A stretch of DNA of 64,000 nucleotides from a virus. Positions 38,700 through 47,523 of this stretch are shown piece after piece; the first letter of the stretch is position 1, and the number at the start of each line of letters is the position of its first letter. The stretch spans positions 1 through 64,000 of IMG/VR virus record IMGVR_UViG_3300035698_022838; one strand, given 5' to 3'. The notes under the pieces are model-generated. The model did no database searches. It saw nothing but the letters and a program-made list of their open reading frames with translations, and was not told the DNA's origin. The position numbers and the translations under genes are program-made.

Positions 38700-39050
38700 T
38701 TACTTGATCTTTATTTTCTTAGATTGTGATTCCGGTCTTCGTTCGAATGTTACCTTAAGAATACCATTCTCAATTGTTGCATCAACCTTACTAGGATCTA
38801 ATGAATTTGGCATTCTAAACTTCTTAGTGAAATCTTCAGTCCATCTTGAGTCTTCATTCGCACCATCAATGATTAGAACTCCATCTATAGTCTCGATTGT
38901 TATGTCCTCTTTGGTAAATCCAGGAACTGGCATTTCCAATGTTGTTTTGTCGTCTAACTCCTCAACATGATAATCTTTATTATAGATTACTGAAAGATTG
39001 TTTTCGAGTATGCGATCTAGCATAGTTAATGTATTGTTAATTCTATTCAT
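38700..39050 (-). CDS. Small heat shock protein (Hsp20/alpha-crystallin)
   Basis: 'VPGFTKEDI.I', 'F.K.F..P', 'A..ENGIL.V','KKIKI'. Confidence 0.92.
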   Translation of the reverse strand: MNRINNTLTMLDRILENNLSVIYNKDYHVEELDDKTTLEMPVPGFTKEDITIETIDGVLIIDGANEDSRWTEDFTKKFRMPNSLDPSKVDATIENGILKVTFERRPESQSKKIKIK

Positions 39051-39162
39051 AATATAAATTTATTTATAATTTATATTAATAATTGCAATAAATGTTCCAT
39101 AAATAAAAATGCCAATATGTAAGACATATTGGCATTAATTATATATTTATATGACAAAATGT

Positions 39163-39645
39163 CTACTTTCCTTGTAAATTCTTCATAGCAGATAAGAAAT
39201 CTAAGTAGGTTTTAACTTTTCTTACTTTTTTCTTTTTCTTACCTTTCTTTTTAGCTGCTGGGGTTCCAGCAGTTAATGATGGAAACTTATCACCAGATCC
39301 GGTTTTACTTGAATTATGGAAATCTGTATTGGTTCCATTTCCGGTTGGTGTTGATACTGGACCCATTCCTGGTGTAGTACTTAAAGATGCATGCGCACCG
39401 CCTCCATCCATTCCTCCATCCATTTCCATTAAATAATAATCTTCGTGCCCGCATTCGTACATAGCTTCATCCATTTGCCATTGCTCCACACAATAATCAT
39501 TCTTATCTAACCATTCCTTAAGAGATCTTTCAATCTCATTAGGTGTTTCTATTGATTCTAATACTGGTTTATCATTTTCACAACAAAGACAAACTACTGT
39601 TCTTCCTTTTGTTGTTTCTCCGGTTGGGTAATATAAATTTTCCAT
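39163..39645 (-). CDS. Hypothetical protein, Gly-rich, C-terminal CTS-like peptide
   Basis: 'A.L.TTPGMG.V..P....GSGD.F'; ends 'KVKTYLDFL'. Confidence 0.6.
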   Translation of the reverse strand: MENLYYPTGETTKGRTVVCLCCENDKPVLESIETPNEIERSLKEWLDKNDYCVEQWQMDEAMYECGHEDYYLMEMDGGMDGGGAHASLSTTPGMGPVSTPTGNGTNTDFHNSSKTGSGDKFPSLTAGTPAAKKKGKKKKKVRKVKTYLDFLSAMKNLQGK

Positions 39646-39646
39646 T

Positions 39647-39871
39647 TTAATCTAATACTTTTATTACGTTTTTAGCAAATATTCTAACAACTTTTCCATC
39701 TCGATCTTTTGCTATATATCCTATAATATCTTTATATACATCATATATAGGTGCATTTATCAAAAGTATATTATTATTTATATCTAAAACGTTCTTTCCT
39801 GCTAATTTATCAGGCTCTTTTTTATGATCTATTTTGGGTCTATTTGGACCCTTACTGCAGCCACACCCCAT
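39647..39871 (-). CDS. Small protein with N-terminal MGCGC motif
   Basis: MGCGCSK. Confidence 0.6.
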   Translation of the reverse strand: MGCGCSKGPNRPKIDHKKEPDKLAGKNVLDINNNILLINAPIYDVYKDIIGYIAKDRDGKVVRIFAKNVIKVLD

Positions 39872-39873
39872 AA

Positions 39874-40284
39874 TTATCTATAATCCTCTCTTTTTTCTTT
39901 TCTTACAAGATATTCATATAGATATTTTAAACCTTTAATATATGCTTTGGATGTTCTAAAATGTCCTTTAAAGCTTTTTATAGCATTACCTTGTCCCTCT
40001 GACATCTCAGTATCTTTTTTGGGATTATACCTTTTAACAACTCCTGTTGGGTGTATAGTATAGAAAACGTTACCATATCCCCTTTCTTCTGGTTGCTTCT
40101 TTCTTTCGAATTTTATAGTATTGTTACCTGCTTGTTGATCTGACGTAATATCTTTAAATCCAAGGCCTAAAATATTCTCGTATTCCTGACTTTTCTTAAT
40201 TTTTGCTAAATCAAGATCTCTCCTAGAATCCTCTTTGTATTCTTCCTTAGGATCATATTTATCATATTCTAAAAGGTTATTCAT
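39874..40284 (-). CDS. Hypothetical protein
   Basis: Starts MNNLLEYDKY (weakly CTS-like). Confidence 0.6.
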   Translation of the reverse strand: MNNLLEYDKYDPKEEYKEDSRRDLDLAKIKKSQEYENILGLGFKDITSDQQAGNNTIKFERKKQPEERGYGNVFYTIHPTGVVKRYNPKKDTEMSEGQGNAIKSFKGHFRTSKAYIKGLKYLYEYLVRKEKREDYR

Positions 40285-40850
40285 TATTTCTTATTACCTT
40301 TTATCCAGTCGCGATAGTCTTTTAGATTCTCCAAATTCTTTTTCCCTTTCTTTTTCTTCTTTGAATCTGGATCTAATTGAGGAATAATAGTTGGTATTTT
40401 ACCTTCACTAACGTCTTCCTTCTTTTCTTTTTTACCCTTTATTGGAAGTCCATCCAATTTAGTCTTAGCAAAATCTTTAAGTTCCTTATTTGCCATCTTA
40501 CTAAAAGCAATTTTCTTAACTGATCTACGATACTTAGGACTGATATCATCAAGTTCAATTTGTCCTGTTCTTAAGGCCCAAGCTTGTCCCATTAATGCTT
40601 GTTGTGCTTTTGAAACCGATTTCTCATTTATGTCCATATTAAATTCTATATTTTCTTTTATTGCCTCCGTATACTTTCCGGGTTTACCAAGCATACCTGC
40701 TGTAAGATCATCATCACTCATATCACTATTAGCAACCTCTTTAACTACTTCTCTAAATATTTCTCCGACGCTTGATATCTCAAGAGTTCCTCCTCTAACA
40801 CCTAACGCAAATCCCGCAATCATTTGGGGCATTCTATTCATTGATGGCAT
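40284..40850 (-). CDS. Protein with internal DUF3008-like domain
   Basis: 'INE-KSVSKAQQALMG.A.A.R.G......M..KELKDFAKTK..GLP'; ends 'NLKDYRDWI'. Confidence 0.65.
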   Translation of the reverse strand: MPSMNRMPQMIAGFALGVRGGTLEISSVGEIFREVVKEVANSDMSDDDLTAGMLGKPGKYTEAIKENIEFNMDINEKSVSKAQQALMGQAWALRTGQIELDDISPKYRRSVKKIAFSKMANKELKDFAKTKLDGLPIKGKKEKKEDVSEGKIPTIIPQLDPDSKKKKKGKKNLENLKDYRDWIKGNKK

Positions 40851-40855
40851 AATAC

Positions 40856-41122
40856 TTAATTATCTTCATTAAAAAATTCATCCCATTCTTTCAAATGTAA
40901 CGTTTTCATCTTTTTCTTTATCTCTTTAGGAGACATAGGTTTAGCATTCAATCCCCAATTGGTCTTAGGATCAATTATGGTTTTCTTTTTCTTTTTCTTC
41001 TTCCATTTGGAAAAATCCCACATCCATCGGTTGTATGCTTTACCAACGGTTTCGAATCCTTTATCACCTGGTTGTATTGCAATCGGTGATTGTGGTGGTA
41101 TGTAACTACCTGTTTCTGCCAT
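40856..41122 (-). CDS. Basic hypothetical protein
   Basis: Poly-Lys tract; ends 'HLKEWDEFFNE'. Confidence 0.6.
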   Translation of the reverse strand: MAETGSYIPPQSPIAIQPGDKGFETVGKAYNRWMWDFSKWKKKKKKKTIIDPKTNWGLNAKPMSPKEIKKKMKTLHLKEWDEFFNEDN

Positions 41123-41123
41123 A

Positions 41124-41330
41124 TTATTCTAACACTGCTTCTATTTTAGATTTTGAAACCCGAACAACTTCATAGTGACCAGTGCTTCCCTCCATGTGTT
41201 CTGCAACTTTAACTTCTACGTCTGTTACTGATTCTGCCGGAACTAAGAATTCTGATTTAATAATTACAGGATCTCCGTTTCTTTTCTGTTCTACTGATTC
41301 ATAATCTACTTTTGCTACCCAATAAGCCAT
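41124..41330 (-). CDS. DUF4494-like protein
   Basis: 'W.AKV.YE........K.EFLV.A.SVT..E..V.E.M......V..V.KS.I..V'. Confidence 0.7.
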   Translation of the reverse strand: MAYWVAKVDYESVEQKRNGDPVIIKSEFLVPAESVTDVEVKVAEHMEGSTGHYEVVRVSKSKIEAVLE

Positions 41331-41375
41331 ATTTAAAAATTTAAAGTTAATGTATATATCTGTTTTATTCTTTAC

Positions 41376-41404
41376 AAAAAAGGCAATCTAATGATTGCCT
41401 TTTT
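41376..41404. terminator. Bidirectional intrinsic terminator after the Hc1-like gene
   Basis: AAAAAGGCAATC-taat-GATTGCCTTTTT. Confidence 0.8.
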
Positions 41405-41425
41405 ATATTTTCTCTTTCTTTTATC

Positions 41426-41599
41426 CTAAGCGTTTTTTGCTTCTTGGATTTCTATTCTAACTTCTTGTGCAAGTCTTTTTAATTGCTGCATTGCTTGTCT
41501 TACTCTTGTACCTGCTGCGTTATTGCCTTTATCAGCAAATTTTTCAACGTCGTCTTCAGTATTTAAAATAAGATCTTTAATTTCTTCGAATGATTCCAT
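41426..41599 (-). CDS. Histone H1-like (Hc1-family) nucleoid protein, 57 aa (not in ORF track)
   Basis: MESFEEIKDLILNTEDDVEKFADKGNNAAGTRVRQAMQQLKRLAQEVRIEIQEAKNA*; 'KF..KGN.AAGTRVR' signature; own promoter and terminator. Confidence 0.88.
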   Translation of the reverse strand: MESFEEIKDLILNTEDDVEKFADKGNNAAGTRVRQAMQQLKRLAQEVRIEIQEAKNA

Positions 41600-41622
41600 A
41601 ATTTTGTTTTAATATTTATTAA

Positions 41623-41650
41623 ATTATATGAATATGTATCGTTTTGTTTC
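41623..41650 (-). promoter_or_regulatory. Middle-type promoter: GAAAY-N17/18-TATAAT; representative copy
   Basis: Other copies at 16415-16442 (GAATC variant), 17436-17464, 25273-25300, 29663-29690, 31490-31518, 33449-33477 and 50371-50397 (N16-GATAAT). Confidence 0.65.
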
Positions 41651-41652
41651 GT

Positions 41653-42177
41653 TTATCTGCTTATAATGTATGTTTTCTCTTCTGAACCTTCTTGCATTGA
41701 CCATTCATTACCTAACTCGGCGACAATCACAGATTTAACCTTTTCCATGTAATTCTCTGCTTTACAATTTAAGTTCATTTCGTCAAATATTCTAACCACA
41801 CTTGGATTCTTTTCAAGATAACTCATTAAAGCTTTTGAAGCCTGATTGAATAATCTAACTAAATCATTACCTTCTATATTGAATGTTATATCATTTAACT
41901 CTGGTAGTTCGTTATTATTAACTGCTATATCCTGTATCTCTTCAGGTGCTATTTCATTCAAATTTAAAACTGCATAAGAATTCTTAGGCCCTTCAGTTGT
42001 TTCGTATTGTGAATATTTACCTATTATAAAAGAAAATCCTTTTGTTTCTCCACTTTCAAGCCCAAGGTTAAACATATAATAACAAAGGTCTCCGTCTTTC
42101 CTAAATAGAAAAGGCATGCTACCAAAGCCATCTGCTTCATTTATAAATTCTATAAAATTTCTAATCTTTCTTTCCAC
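41653..42177 (-). CDS. Putative internal head protein (CTS-like N-terminus)
   Basis: GTG start, MERKIRNFIEFINE. Confidence 0.55.
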   Translation of the reverse strand: MERKIRNFIEFINEADGFGSMPFLFRKDGDLCYYMFNLGLESGETKGFSFIIGKYSQYETTEGPKNSYAVLNLNEIAPEEIQDIAVNNNELPELNDITFNIEGNDLVRLFNQASKALMSYLEKNPSVVRIFDEMNLNCKAENYMEKVKSVIVAELGNEWSMQEGSEEKTYIISR

Positions 42178-42192
42178 TATATTAATTTATTT

Positions 42193-44127
42193 TTATACCT
42201 CTGTTACGAGACTATTAAATAGATTACTAACCTCTTTAGGTACTAATTTTTTGAACGTCGAAAAATCTTCGTCCTTTAGTGCTGCTCTAACTCTAGTTGC
42301 TGATGTCAATCTTGGGGTTTTTTCTAGTGAAAAGGACTTATGTAAATTATCCTTCAAATCGGATACCTTAATGTAGTCCATCTGCTTCTTATAATCGTCG
42401 CTACGGTCATCCCCAGTACCAACTAAGCGCGGATCGTAACCATCTTTAACTAACTTATTTATTGCAGAACCCAATAGTCCTCTAGATACTATAAAATATC
42501 CTTCTATCTCATTATTATTCGATACGACAGCATCCATATAATGTTTGATTGTATTCTCATTAAATGGTGATTTACCGGATTTATTATGACCTGGATAAAC
42601 TACGATTACGAATGTTGGTAGATCATTCTTTTTCTTCATTACTCTTGCCATCTTCAAATGTCCATTATGAAATGGTTGAAATCTACCAATTATTACATTA
42701 ACTTTGACTCTTTTTTGCGTAGTCTCATTCTCAGTTAATAATATAGCTTCTTGTTGTGGTTGCGATTCAGGTTGGGTTTCCTCATTTGAGCTTTCCTCTA
42801 TGGTTTCGAGTTTACTTCTAAAATTATCATAAGATTGTAATGGATTTTCTAGGTCTTCTTCCTCACTTTCAGTTTGTATATAATCAACACTTGGTACAAA
42901 ATCCTTTTTAAAATCAGCAAATGAAATAAACGTTGATTCACTTATTACTTCTTTGGGTTTTTTAATGTACTTTTTAATGTGGTTGATTAACCCATTTAAT
43001 TGTTTTAGCATACCATCGGTAACAATTCCACTAGTTCTAGATTTGATTTTTCTAAATGAGTTTAGAATTAGCTTAAAAAGAGATTCGTATGCATCATCTT
43101 TCTTAAGATATTTTAAAACTTTTCTATCATTTATTATTTCCTTATTTAATCTAAATTCATCTCTTTTAAGATATTCGGGTTCTTCGAAATCAGTACCTTT
43201 ATATTTATCAGCATATTCATCTAAAAATTTCACAAACACGCTTGATATAAAGGAAATATACCTTTCATCGTCTGTTGATCCTTCAATTTCGAATTTATCT
43301 AAACCTCTTTCAAGTATGAAGTTCATTACATCTAATAAAGTTATACCTAAAAAATCACTAGGCTTTTTAGACTCTTTCTTAGCAGATTTATGTTTAGCTA
43401 TTTCAGTAAATATTGGATCAACCATTTTTGCTAATACTGTTTCGTCCTTATCTTGACCACCAAACTTGAATACAACACCCTCGACATCCTTATCAAGATC
43501 GTCATTTAATGCGGTTTTAGATAACTTAGGATTAAGTGTTTTAATTATAAATCTAACAAAACTTGAGGTCTTAAACTTCTCGATTAGCTCTTTATTTGGG
43601 GTATTTAAAAAATCCATCAATTCAGATTTCTGATCCTCATCCAATTTACCTTGGAAAATTATAGGAGGTCTTTCAACATCCAGTAAATCAGCCCAATCAT
43701 TTAACTCATTTTTATCATGTATTATTTTAGTGATCTTCTTAGAATTATCTAAGCGGTGTATAAATGAAAGGATAAGATTATTTTTAGGTAATCTGTCGTA
43801 TGTTATCTCAACTGGTTTAGTTGAGGCAAAATATTCAAAACCAAACCTAACCCCTCTTGGGATTTGCTCTATTATATTCGGTTGTAAAGATTCTATATAC
43901 TGTATTGGTTTCTCATAATATTTCATGAGTGTTCTATCAACCAATGTAATTGGATGTCTTTGATCTCTTCGGTAAAACTCAAATTTACCGGTGCTTCTAT
44001 TCCTTTCGAACGAAAACGCTGAACCATCCATTTTTTCATTAATAGTCACAAACTTATTGAAAAGTTGTTCTATAAAATCTGATCCCTTCTTATTATAAAT
44101 ATCATATAAATGATTTATTCCTGCCAT
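42193..44127 (-). CDS. Fusion: RNA/DNA-ligase-fold nucleotidyltransferase plus HIGH-family (NMNAT/cytidylyltransferase-like) domain
   Basis: N-terminal motif I 'INEKMDGS', 'FGFEY', 'PIIFQG', 'EGVVF', 'LAKMVD'; C-terminal 'IIGRFQPFHNGH', 'G.DR..DY', 'SATRVR.AL'. Confidence 0.8.
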   Translation of the reverse strand: MAGINHLYDIYNKKGSDFIEQLFNKFVTINEKMDGSAFSFERNRSTGKFEFYRRDQRHPITLVDRTLMKYYEKPIQYIESLQPNIIEQIPRGVRFGFEYFASTKPVEITYDRLPKNNLILSFIHRLDNSKKITKIIHDKNELNDWADLLDVERPPIIFQGKLDEDQKSELMDFLNTPNKELIEKFKTSSFVRFIIKTLNPKLSKTALNDDLDKDVEGVVFKFGGQDKDETVLAKMVDPIFTEIAKHKSAKKESKKPSDFLGITLLDVMNFILERGLDKFEIEGSTDDERYISFISSVFVKFLDEYADKYKGTDFEEPEYLKRDEFRLNKEIINDRKVLKYLKKDDAYESLFKLILNSFRKIKSRTSGIVTDGMLKQLNGLINHIKKYIKKPKEVISESTFISFADFKKDFVPSVDYIQTESEEEDLENPLQSYDNFRSKLETIEESSNEETQPESQPQQEAILLTENETTQKRVKVNVIIGRFQPFHNGHLKMARVMKKKNDLPTFVIVVYPGHNKSGKSPFNENTIKHYMDAVVSNNNEIEGYFIVSRGLLGSAINKLVKDGYDPRLVGTGDDRSDDYKKQMDYIKVSDLKDNLHKSFSLEKTPRLTSATRVRAALKDEDFSTFKKLVPKEVSNLFNSLVTEV

Positions 44128-44131
44128 CTTC

Positions 44132-44539
44132 TTAGTTAAGTAAAAATTTATTCTGCAAACTAGCCATTAATAACGGATTACTATCTACTACTATATGTGC
44201 TATACCTTCTAGTATATTTTTTAAAAGAATTTTCGATTTATCATGCAAATCTTCTTCGCCTAATTCAATAACTCTTTCTACTAATTCCTCCATATTTGGT
44301 GCATCGTTCTCTTGTGTAATTAACTCGAATACTGAATTTTCGATAGTATAGACTATTGACCTTTCTACTATTATATCCCAATTACCATCAGAATTCTCTA
44401 TAATGTCACCATGAAACCCTAATACTGTAACAAAATGTATATTTTTTTCCGCTCTTCTAACAATACTTGGAGAATCATTCTCTAAGAATATCTCTAAAGC
44501 TCCATATATTAGGTCGTTATGTTTTTGTGTAAATGCCAT
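44132..44539 (-). CDS. Hypothetical protein
   Basis: 135 aa, between the two NTase genes. Confidence 0.6.
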   Translation of the reverse strand: MAFTQKHNDLIYGALEIFLENDSPSIVRRAEKNIHFVTVLGFHGDIIENSDGNWDIIVERSIVYTIENSVFELITQENDAPNMEELVERVIELGEEDLHDKSKILLKNILEGIAHIVVDSNPLLMASLQNKFLLN

Positions 44540-44540
44540 A

Positions 44541-45452
44541 TTATTTTATTTCATTAGGAATTTCATAATCCCCATTTGTTAAATATCTAATTAAATCTTT
44601 TTTTATTTCTTCAATTTTGTCTTTGTGTTTAAAATCATCTTTAATAACTAATTTCCATGCGCTTTCGAACGTTTTAACATCCTCTGGCTTAACCCCATTA
44701 CCGAATAATAAATTTACAAGATCTCTTGGATCATTTGTTATAAGTGTTCCCTTCTTAGAAATTATCTTTGGTTTAGCTAATCTTTTTTTAATCCCCTTGT
44801 ATGTTTTCTTATTTCTATATACTCCATCACTTAATCTTAATACATAAGCATTATAATCTTCAATTTCACCATTTTCATCTTTTGATATTATAGCTTTCAT
44901 AGATGATAATATTGCTTGAAATAACCAATTTCTATGTGCGGATTTATACTTACTTTCACTAATTTTATAATCTGGTGAATAAAATATAAATTTTGCCCAG
45001 TCCATATCACTAATCGGAATCAAATCTAATTGAACCAGCCCATTCTTCTCTTCGCCTTCTATTGGCCAACCTACCGACAATACATTAATACCCTTCATTA
45101 ATCGTATCTCTGTATCAAATCCTAATTTCTTTGGCAATTCGTTGGTTAATATTTTTTCCAGAAAATCTAATACCTCGCTCTTTTTAATCTTGAATTTATT
45201 TGCAATAAATGCTTTATTTATACCAAGATCTATATCGCCAGACGTTTCGTTTGGATCTTTTTTCTTACCAACACTTCCTATAATAATGTATGCACTATCT
45301 AACTTACCATTCCCAATAATTGGAAATAATGTATCCTCTATTGACTTTATAGTTTGCGGAACCTCACCTTCCTTTATTCTTCTGGATTTAGTAATTGCAT
45401 TACCACCCTCAAACAAAGATGTAAACTGATTATATTTAAGCAAATTACTCAC
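44541..45452 (-). CDS. DNA polymerase beta-superfamily nucleotidyltransferase, CTS-like N-terminus
   Basis: 'IIGSVGKK.....SGDIDL' (GS...DxD), third Asp in 'VQLDL'; leader MSNLLKYNQFTSLFE-GGNA. Confidence 0.75.
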   Translation of the reverse strand: MSNLLKYNQFTSLFEGGNAITKSRRIKEGEVPQTIKSIEDTLFPIIGNGKLDSAYIIIGSVGKKKDPNETSGDIDLGINKAFIANKFKIKKSEVLDFLEKILTNELPKKLGFDTEIRLMKGINVLSVGWPIEGEEKNGLVQLDLIPISDMDWAKFIFYSPDYKISESKYKSAHRNWLFQAILSSMKAIISKDENGEIEDYNAYVLRLSDGVYRNKKTYKGIKKRLAKPKIISKKGTLITNDPRDLVNLLFGNGVKPEDVKTFESAWKLVIKDDFKHKDKIEEIKKDLIRYLTNGDYEIPNEIK

Positions 45453-45940
45453 TATTTAAAATTGAAATATTTTGAAGCATTATTAACATATTCAGCATAA
45501 ATACTTTGTTCTTTACCTTCAGGATTCTCAGGATCAAACTTACCACCGAAAGATTTTCTACCTTTTAATATTGCATCTCTATAAAACTTCTCATAATCAG
45601 CTTCTTTGTTATTACCCTTTCTTCTTATATCATCACCCCATTTAGAAAGTATCTCATCTTGACTCCCACGTAGAGCATCTGCTGACATGCTTGATGTTCT
45701 CCCATTATTAAATAAATCACTTATCCCGCTTGTGAGTCCTGCTAAACTATTAATAGCACCCTTAAGTAATCTCTTTAATGCACCAGCTTCATCATATGTC
45801 GTTTGATATATCTTTTCTTGTGGGGTTTCTGCAGAAATCCTACTTCTAATCTCCTTAATCTTTCTTTCGGCATCACTATAATTAGTATAATAGCGCTTTG
45901 ATTCATTTAAGAAATCATCAAAAGTTTTTAAATTGTCCAT
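45452..45940 (-). CDS. Putative internal head protein (CTS-like N-terminus)
   Basis: Starts MDNLKTFDDFLNE; GATATATA at 45961-45968. Confidence 0.6.
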   Translation of the reverse strand: MDNLKTFDDFLNESKRYYTNYSDAERKIKEIRSRISAETPQEKIYQTTYDEAGALKRLLKGAINSLAGLTSGISDLFNNGRTSSMSADALRGSQDEILSKWGDDIRRKGNNKEADYEKFYRDAILKGRKSFGGKFDPENPEGKEQSIYAEYVNNASKYFNFK

Positions 45941-45960
45941 AGCATGGGTTTTATTTATGC

Positions 45961-45968
45961 TATATATC
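45961..45968 (-). promoter_or_regulatory. Late-type promoter box GATATATA; representative copy
   Basis: + strand 2311, 17831, 37246; - strand 9189, 14247, 15015, 17791, 20217, 32117, 34866, 39713, 41353, 50408, 51111, 51438; AATATATA variants 1666, 19924, 54583, 58834. Confidence 0.75.
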
Positions 45969-45975
45969 TCGTAAA

Positions 45976-47514
45976 TTAAAGTTTTACTTTATAAATCTTG
46001 TAGATAAACTTCTCATTCTCGTATATTTGAATACGTGCGCTACTATGCTTCATAAGATAATTTACATATTTTGAAGTACTGAAATCATCTACGAAGTCAA
46101 TGACTATTACTTTATCCTTTCCTTCCATTAACCTCATACCTCTACCTAAACTCTGTTTTATTAAAACTTCGCTTTTATAGGATTCTACTAGAAAAATGTT
46201 ATGTAGATTATCTATAGAAATTCCAGTTGAGAATGTACCGTATGTAGCGATCAACACCTTATTCTCACCTACCGCCATTCTTGACTTATACTCTTCTCTC
46301 CTATTTTCATCAATATCGCCATCTACATAGAAAACCTCTTTTTCACCGTTTATTTCACGAAGTTCATTCCAAATTTTCTTACCATATTCATCCTTTACTG
46401 ATTGGAAAAGAACTAACGAATTCTTGGTTGTTCTATTTATAAAGTCAACTATATAATCAAACCTTTTTTTACTTTCGATAACAAGTCTTCTCTCTATATT
46501 ATAGATTTCAGTACTATCGGTTTTCTCTTTATCTTTTTTATTCCTGTTTTTTAGCTCAGCTAACTTCAGTTTTAATTCTTCATCTAACCAATCTAATACA
46601 ACTACTTTAATCTCAACAGGTGTTGCATATTTGTTTTGAAATAAAAATTCGGGTGGGATTTCAACTAATAATGGACCTAGGTACTGCTGAATAGTTAAAT
46701 GATCTGCTGAATCCCTCTTTGTTAGTGTTCCAGACATACCAAATCTCCATTTACTGTTCGTGCACTTAGATAAGATCTTCTTGATTGACATCGTGTCAGT
46801 ATGGTGTGCCTCATCAACGAAAACAGCATCTACATCATCGAAAAATTCTTCGTCTCTTTTCACTAAGGATTGAAATGTACCAATAATAACATTACATCCT
46901 TCTCTTAATTTACTTCCGCCGCCAATTTGCTGAACCTTACAATCCTCAAGTCTACCAATTCCATATTCTATAAAATCATCATTACCTTGAAATACTAGGT
47001 TTGTCTTTGGTGCTACCATTAGGAATTTTCTAATGTAGCCTTGGCTTTTAAGGAACGCAAGTATCATAAAAGCTATGAGCGTTTTACCAGAAGATGTAGC
47101 TATTTCTGAAATTGAATATCTAAATTTTATAATTCTCCATGCTGCTTCTATCTGATAATCTCTTGGTTTCTTCTCGTTATTCTTAAAAAATTCATTAGCC
47201 CATCCAGTAAATGCTACTAACGTTAGGTCAGTTAAAAATATTTCAGTAAGACCATTTACTTCAATCTGTATATCATATTTTTTACCAACATTCATAACCT
47301 CATTCCATAGTCCTATTGGAACTTTCCAGAATGAACTTTTCTTTTCTATAAAGCAAATGTTACCATCCCAGAGCTTTTTCTTAACTAATGGATGGAAAAA
47401 CCACTTATCTATTTTTTTGGTCAGAGATATTTCAAGTTGTCTCTTCTCGATCTCATCATTGGCTTCGATCAAGATCAACCACTTTTTATCTTCTGAAACA
47501 TTAAACTTTAACAT
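45976..47514 (-). CDS. uvsW: UvsW-like SF2 DNA helicase
   Basis: 'WDG.I.F', 'PRDYQ', 'ATSSGKTL', 'VDEAH', 'GMSGT', 'TYGTFSTGI.I.NLHNI', 'QSLGRG.R'. Confidence 0.93.
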   Translation of the reverse strand: MLKFNVSEDKKWLILIEANDEIEKRQLEISLTKKIDKWFFHPLVKKKLWDGNICFIEKKSSFWKVPIGLWNEVMNVGKKYDIQIEVNGLTEIFLTDLTLVAFTGWANEFFKNNEKKPRDYQIEAAWRIIKFRYSISEIATSSGKTLIAFMILAFLKSQGYIRKFLMVAPKTNLVFQGNDDFIEYGIGRLEDCKVQQIGGGSKLREGCNVIIGTFQSLVKRDEEFFDDVDAVFVDEAHHTDTMSIKKILSKCTNSKWRFGMSGTLTKRDSADHLTIQQYLGPLLVEIPPEFLFQNKYATPVEIKVVVLDWLDEELKLKLAELKNRNKKDKEKTDSTEIYNIERRLVIESKKRFDYIVDFINRTTKNSLVLFQSVKDEYGKKIWNELREINGEKEVFYVDGDIDENRREEYKSRMAVGENKVLIATYGTFSTGISIDNLHNIFLVESYKSEVLIKQSLGRGMRLMEGKDKVIVIDFVDDFSTSKYVNYLMKHSSARIQIYENEKFIYKIYKVKL

Positions 47515-47523
47515 TGTATATCT

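Noticed and set aside
15745-39050. Bacterial chromosome or integrated prophage, suggested by clpP, dnaJ, adk and trxA
   Set aside because: These genes are interleaved with T4-like core genes and phage-type promoters; no integrase, att site or host operon context
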